Under the pieces are notes generated by a model. The model was not told the DNA's origin, did not search any database, and was given only the letters and a program-made list of their open reading frames with translations. Below are positions 57,573-64,000 of a stretch of 64,000 nucleotides of DNA, piece by piece. Every line of letters begins with the position of its first letter. Position 1 is the first letter of the stretch. The DNA comes from Macrostomum hystrix (Eukaryota; Animalia; Platyhelminthes). The stretch spans positions 620,001 to 684,000 of the forward strand of contig CATNEN010000009.1 in the NCBI GenBank assembly GCA_950097015.1, written 5' to 3'. The translations under genes and the position numbers were made by a program.

Positions 57573-59699
57573 CAATTTATATAATTTGGCAAGACACTTA
57601 ACTTCTGCATTGCTTCAGTCATAGAATTCCATACCTTTGAATCTAAGATTTCCACTTGTAAGGAAAGTAGAACTTGTTTCACATCTTAGGAAAAATCCAG
57701 TCCGAAAAAATCGAAGCACGCTCAGGCTGGATTCGCCAGCTCAGTAGCAGCAACTCTTTATATCCATGCGCCAACTGACAGAGAGCGATAGCGGTAAATA
57801 AATAAAAATTTACTTTGCAACCTTGCCTCACAGATCTAATAATTTCTACTCATTTAGTAAACCGGAGTTTAAAGTGTCCATACCAGATGCTAAGGTTTAG
57901 AATTTATGCATCAGTTCACCCAAACTAAACTAAAACTAATTAAGCTGTTAAATGGGTAACCAGCATGCCACGCAATAGCTGCGCCTGACGAAACAAATAA
58001 GTTATAAATCATTCGCAATATGCTTTACTATTTTTAAGTGTACACGAAATACGCGTAGAATATGAAAAGAAAACTAGACAGACCACATCGTTGATTTCAC
58101 AAAGACATGCTGACATGTAGTGTCGCGGTTATTTCCTAAATTACATTGCAGCGAATACACGTAAATTTGCTTTCCATGCGTCTCAAAACTTTAAGCAGTT
58201 AAAAAGTACTTAAAAATATGCAACCAAAAATTTAAGTGCAGAGCAGCATTGACAAAACTGGAAACAAAAGAAATATTCATGAATTTATATTATGAAAAAA
58301 CATATTCTAAAAAACATACCAATGTAAATACAATACAACAGATAAAATGATATTGGTTACTGCTATTGAGATCCTAATAGGCTAGCAACAAGTAATTGTC
58401 ATAAATTATGTTTAAAGTTGAGTTTCTCGAAACTCCCATGACGAACTAAATTTATGCTGATGTTTGGACCTTACAAACTGTGAAAATTATTTTTTTTCTC
58501 TGGTGTGCAATTTCACTGATATTACCGAAAAAGTTTGATAACAAAAATATTTTATCACACGAGTCTAGCGTTAAGAAAGTATAAATTATGAGCATTGCTT
58601 GCGTAAAAACAAGATTAACTTATTGTATTGATTATAAGAACAACTTGAAGTTAAAAACGGTAAGCAGTAACTATTTCACCCGTGTTACGCTCCGTAAAGG
58701 GGGAAACTACACACACTCCCAATGGTGTTAATCGGGGAAACTACATGTATAAATGTAGCGTTGCATGTAGTTTCCTCGAGTGTCATGCAATGCATATAAA
58801 ATTCGTTGGATAAAACAAAGTTGTATTTAATAATGTTTGCAGGCATCTAAACATGTCCTTCTTTTCCTTACAACTGAAACTAAGCTAGGCCTATCGAAGT
58901 CGAAGTTAAGGAAATAAAAACGAATTTTTGACAAACGTAAAATTGAATTTAAGAATAAAAAAATAATGGCGAGCAGTGTCAAAATCCATTGATAAAAATG
59001 ACTACTCTATTGAAAATTGAAATTATTGGTAGGCTAGTACTTATAGCTAATTACTTATTTATTTTGATTCAGAGAGCCTTTGAACCTGTTATAATGGCTT
59101 ATGCAGTAGGTCATCTGTGTATGTTTATAAAACCAATTGTCACCAGACAAGAAATTGGGCTTAGGCTAGCTTGCAAAATGCTGGTTGAGTCTATATTTAT
59201 CTTTATTAAATGTGTTATGCTTAGGCCTGGCTTTGGTAGTTTTGTGTAGTTTAATGTTAATGTATAGGCCTGGTCGTAACATGTATTGTATTTGTTAACT
59301 GACATTTTTTCTTTCTATTAGGATTTAGGCCTAGTCATAATTATTCCACAATTGTTCACTATATCTAATATACAAAAAATGATGAAATATGCCAAGCAAA
59401 TAAAATATGGTTGTTATATTTATGTGCTTATTGATTATTTTATATAATATAGGCCTAATGCAAAAGCCTGTATATAATATTTGGGACTAGGCCTAGCTAG
59501 GGCCAAATAATAGCATATAGGCTAATAGGACAGAAAGTAATAAAATCTAGCTATATAAAAACCTATTCTTTATATTTAATAAGATGCCTGTATATAAGCC
59601 AATACATAAAGCAATGTGTAAATATGCTTTAAGTCTAGCTTATCTATGTTCCAACCCCTTTTTTAATATTCTATCCTAGTCTTTTCTTTAGCTAGCATT

Positions 59700-61100
59700 T
59701 TTCCATAGCCGTTTTCCCCTAGGTATCCTAACCCAGCCTCCTATCCTAGCCTCCTTTACCTCCTTCCTCATATCTTTCCCCTAGCCTTCTATCCCCTAGC
59801 CTTCTACCTCCCTAGCCTACTTCCCTTTCCCTTTTGCCTCCCTCCCCTAGGCCCCCCAATCCTAGCTTCCTATCCCAGCCTCCTATTAGCCTGTTTCTTC
59901 TAGTCTCCTTCCTTAGTATCCTTTGCCTATGCCACCTAACCCTAGCTTCCTATCTTTAGCCTCCTACTACCCTAGCCTTCTACTCTAGCCTCCAAGCCTC
60001 CTAACCTAGCCTACTTTGTCTCCATCACCTTGGTCTAATTCCACTTCTCTCTTTCCTCCAGCCTCCTTCTATTAGCCCCCTACCCCAGCTTCCTACCCCA
60101 GCTTCCTTTGCCTAGCCTCCATCCTCTATCCCCATAACCCCAGCTTCATTCCCAATACCTGGCCTCCTACTCCTTGACTCCTACTCCAGCCTCCTACCCC
60201 TTGTCTTCTTCCCCTAGCCTCCTTGTTTCTGTCTCCTTAAATCCTTATCTCCTTCCCCTAGCCTCCTTCTATCCTACCCCTTGTCTTCTACCCCAGCCTC
60301 CTTCCCCTAGCCTCCCTCGCCAAGCCCCCCATCACAGCTTACCTTCTCTACACTCCTACCCATTGTTTCCTTCCCCTAGCTTACTTCTTGATTCCTTTCC
60401 CTTGTCTCCTTCCCCTAGCCTGCTTCCCAGGGCCTCCTACTTAAGCCTCCTTCCCATAGCCTCCATCCCCTAGCCCCCAACCCCAGCCTCCTTTCCTAGC
60501 CTCCATCCCCTAGCCCCCAACCCCAGCCTCCTTTCCCTAGCCTCCATCCCCTAGCCCCCAACGCCAGCCTCCTTTTTCTAGCCTCCTTCCCCTAGCCCCC
60601 AACCCCAGCCTCCTTCCCTAGCCTCCTTCCCCTAGGCCTCAACGCCAGCCTCCTTCCCCTAGCCCCAATGCCAGCGTCCTTCCCCTAGCAACCTTCTCCT
60701 TGTCTCCCTCTCCTGGCCCCCACCCCAGCTTCGTACCCTAGCCTCCTACCTCTAGCCCCCCAGCCCAGCTTCCTACCCCAGCCTCCTTTTCTACCCTAGT
60801 AGAAGGGTACCCTTCTACCCATCTCCCTCCTTCCCTTGCCTACTTTTCCTGTCTCCTTCTTCAGGCCCTTAATTCCAGCTTCTTTTCATTAGCCTTCAAG
60901 CCTCCGGAAGGGTGCAAAGACGGTTCCTGATCCTCGCCTAACCCCAGCCTCCTATTCTCGCCCCTATCTTCGCCATAATTCACTCCCGATCCTTGTTATA
61001 ATCCTCGCCCAGATCTTCATCATGATCCTCACCATGATCCTCACCCGATCCTGGCTCTGATCCTGACTCTGATTCTCACTCTGATCTCTGATCCTCACCA
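59700..61100. repeat. C/T-rich degenerate low-complexity tract including ~40-bp repeats at ~60450-60700
   Basis: Recurrent cctagcct / ccccagcct / cccctagcc motifs with strong pyrimidine strand bias. Confidence 0.85.
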
Positions 61101-61120
61101 CAACGTTCAACATATGTCAT

Positions 61121-61343
61121 GTGTTGTTGGAGTATTGGAGGGTGTTGGATAATTGGAGGGTGTTGTTGGAGTATTGGTGGGTGTTGGATAATTGGTGGGT
61201 GTTGGAGAATTGGTGGGTGTTGGAGTATTGGTGGGTGTTGGATAATTGGAGGGTGTTGGAGTATTGGTGGGTGTTGGATAATTGGAGGGTGTTGGAGAAT
61301 TGGTGGGTGTTGGAGTATTGGTGGGTGTTGGAGAATTGTTGGG
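61121..61343. repeat. 18-bp minisatellite, ~12 copies
   Basis: Variants of gtgttggagtattggtgg; explains the overlapping repetitive ORFs at 61107-61476. Confidence 0.9.
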
Positions 61344-61572
61344 TGATGAAGTTCTCATTCATGTTTCTGAATATATTCGTAGTCACTTTAACTAAATCAA
61401 ATGCACTTATCTTGATTTCAGAGACAGAACTAAATAAGTACTTGGGTAGGGTATAGTAAAAGAGATTCAAATCCAAGTATTTAAGATATTTATAGGTTAT
61501 CAGAAGTGGGTATAGTGGGTATATATTGCAGGTATATCAGAATTGGATAAAATAGCATCATGTGATACCATG

Positions 61573-61735
61573 GGGTGAGTGGCAGAGCAGTCTAATGCAT
61601 TCGCCTCTCGCACCATCGTCTCTGAGCTCGATTCCGCGGTGAGGCCACATTTATTTGAGGCGCAGCCACAGAGAAAAAAGGCTGGGGGCTTGTCATGCAA
61701 TTTAGCCCATGAGGGCCAAACTCAAACTGTGCATT
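61573..61735 (+). mobile_element. tRNA-derived SINE-like copy
   Basis: gtgagtggcagagcagtctaatgc..gagctcgattccgcggtgaggccacatttattt..gagggccaaactc is collinear with the 49574 copy. Confidence 0.7.
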
Positions 61736-61941
61736 GAAACAAATAAAAAACACGTTTAAGTTCTTGTCTATTAAATCTGTACTGTAAATATATATTTGAA
61801 TATCAGATGCTTTGTTTGTTTTTCTTCTACGAGCTATTTAGCATCTTACCTATGCTAAATATTTTATTTCTAAAACGATGGACGTACGAGTAATTTCTCG
61901 TACTTCTTGCATTCATTATTTTTTTCAGAACTTTTTCTACG

Positions 61942-63986
61942 ATGAGTCGTCGAACAGACGCATGGCACGTTTTACTGGAGGAGTTCCAGTTTGGTGGTAA
62001 TTTCAAAGGTAAGACTGTTCATGTTAGTTTTTGTTGCGGCGTATGTGCTCAAATGGCTGGGGTAGCTCTACCCTCGTCGTGCTCTCTGATTTGTTCAGGG
62101 GTAGGAGCAGCTTTGCCTGAATACTCTGAGGTGGATCCCATCTTGCGTGCTCGTTCGGTCTCACCAGTTGTGTGCTTCGCCTCCACTGAGCCCTTGCTCT
62201 ACTCTGCGCATATTTAAAGCACCGCACTAGTAAAGGGCGGTGCCGGTGCCGGTCCTACTCCGTACGAGAACTCTGCGCACTCTTTAGTGTCTGCTTATTC
62301 AGTATTTTCCCGGCGCGCATATCGCCCAGCCTGCGAGACAACATAACCAATTCGAATGGTGCTTTTCGATTGAACACATTGTTAACTCGTGGTCAGCAAA
62401 AGTCTGAATTTAGGTTAAGAACACGGGTTATATGACTTATTTCAGTGATCTGGATTCATCAATATTTTCAATCATTCAATATTAATTACTCAATAAAATA
62501 CTCAATCGCCCAAATGTTGGCTACTTCTGCAGTTCATATAAACAATGCAATACAACATGCGTTCACACATGATGAAATAATAGACACGAATTCATTAAGC
62601 ATGCCGCGTAATTAAATACATTTTAACTTCTAACAAAAATTTTCTGTATCTTGCAGACGAGCTACCATTTTTGGAAGCCATTTATAAAAATTTGCCTGAC
62701 GATGAGCGCCAGCGGCTACAAGCAAAAGCCGCACAATTAAATCGTGAAAAAGAGGAAGCTATCGGATGCGCAAAACTACGGCGTTCTGCACAAGATTTGG
62801 TGAGAAAAATGTCGCTTGGATATGCATTGAATTTGTTTTCGAATTATAAGTGTTTAGACTGTTTCGATAACTATCAATAACAGGTTTAGTAAATCCCTAA
62901 AGATTCTTTAAACTAAAGTAAAAATCCAATCAAACCATTTGTTAGATTCGGCGAGTAACTTCGGCAGGTGGTCAAGCCACGATCATCCTGAAAGTGCCTG
63001 AATTGCCCGAAATTCAAGTGTTCGAGACCCCTGAATGGGCGGGGCTCGTGGCTCGAAGCCAAATTACTGACGTGAGAGTTTAGTTTGTAATGTTATTATA
63101 ACAGTGATGCTGATACAGCATTTTTATTGGCGAAACCCTAGGAAACACCTGACCGTCTCTATTGGTTACGCAAGTTTTTATTGCGCCATTGGACAAAATC
63201 ATACCAGTCTGAAGGTCCGTCAGGGGGAGCACGACATTTTACTTCTGACATTTGATTACCGGCGACATTAGACTTCCAACAATTTGACATCCAGCAATTT
63301 GACAACCAGAAAAATTTAATGGCCAGTGTCGTTTGACAAAACAATTGACTAAATTATATATATTTAACTCATATAAAAACAAAAGTTAAAAGACAAAATC
63401 ATAAGTTTTTAATGATTTTTATGACTGGGTAAACTTTCAACGTTGTGAAGTTTCGAGTTTGTGAATTCCCCCCCCGTAAACAAAACTTATGATTTTGCTT
63501 TTATATCACTGGCCATTAAGCTTAGCTGGCTGTCAAATGTCGTAGACCCTCCTTCGGGTGAACCTCAAACCTTTTTACGGTTAACCTGGCTGCTATCTTT
63601 CTCAGCCAGGTGTGTCAGATCTCTTTTCACGAGCTAGGTACATCCTTCTGCTATTTAAATGATCAATTTTGCTTGCTTTATCGCGATGTCAGTCTTAAAA
63701 AGTGTTTCGTTGCGATAAAATAATGTATACATTTTACTATATTTTAGCTTGCCCTTCATCGGAGCACCGATATAGACGACATGAGTGTTGTCGAACTAAG
63801 GAAAGTGGTCGCCAAGCAGTTACAAGCCAAATTTCGTAAGTTTCTTGTTGCCACAGCTATGAGTGTGTTTATTCAGCCAATTACGAACATTAAAGATTTA
63901 AAAAATCAGAACTCGATCAAATATAATAGTTTTAATTGCTCATGCCTACTTTCTGTTTTTCTAATTAGGCGCCGCAAACGGAAAAG
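61942..63986 (+). CDS. Uncharacterised multi-exon gene with an N-terminal HMG-box-like segment; continues past window end
   Basis: Phase-consistent exons 61942-62008, 62657-62799, 62946-63071, 63748-63835 and 63969-63986 give MSRRTDAWHVLLEEFQFGGNFKDELPFLEAIYKNLPDDERQRLQAKAAQLNREKEEAIGCAKLRRSAQDLIRRVTSAGGQATIILKVPEL...DMSVVELRKVVAKQLQAKFRAANGK. All donors are GT(A/G)(A/G)G. Confidence 0.65.
63224..63548. mobile_element. MITE/foldback-like element in an intron
   Basis: Nested inverted pairs: cgacattt / aaatgtcg at the ends, ttaatggccagtg / cactggccattaa, and aaaatcataagtttt / aaaacttatgatttt. Subterminal caatttgaca repeats. Confidence 0.55.
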
Positions 63987-64000
63987 GTAGGCTTATTTAT

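Noticed and set aside
61107-61476. Four overlapping Trp/Thr/Pro-rich ORFs
   Set aside because: All derive from the 18-bp repeat.

Overview
Eukaryotic (metazoan) genomic DNA. It has spliceosomal GT-AG introns of mostly 50-130 nt, GC-rich exons in AT-rich intergenic DNA, and many tandem-repeat arrays. The style resembles an invertebrate such as a free-living flatworm (Macrostomum-like); this is inference only. Gene models were built by hand with splice-phase checking. From left to right: (1) the 5' part of a quiver/Ly6-like three-finger gene; (2) a divergent CCDC61/VFL3; (3) two intact MATE/SLC47 transporter paralogs and a truncated third copy beside a decayed BEL/Pao gag; (4) five intronless secreted PAN/Apple + C-type-lectin genes, one frameshifted, plus one decayed copy, interleaved with an ENPP4/5-like gene, an IS630-Tc1-mariner deletion derivative, a LINE fragment and satellites; (5) one ~18-kb, ~32-exon minus-strand gene for a ~3,600-aa kinase-less Roco protein (SPRY-like domains, a degenerate extra ROC-COR, LRR, ROC, COR, two TIRs, C-terminal CaaX); (6) the start of a multi-exon HMG-box-like gene. 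About 12 kb (~19%) of the window is tandem repeat. The two strongest candidates for an undescribed system are the giant SPRY-LRR-ROC-COR-TIR-TIR-CaaX protein and the lectin family with a near-constant PAN module and a hypervariable CTLD. Both look like innate-immune innovations, but function is inferred, not shown.
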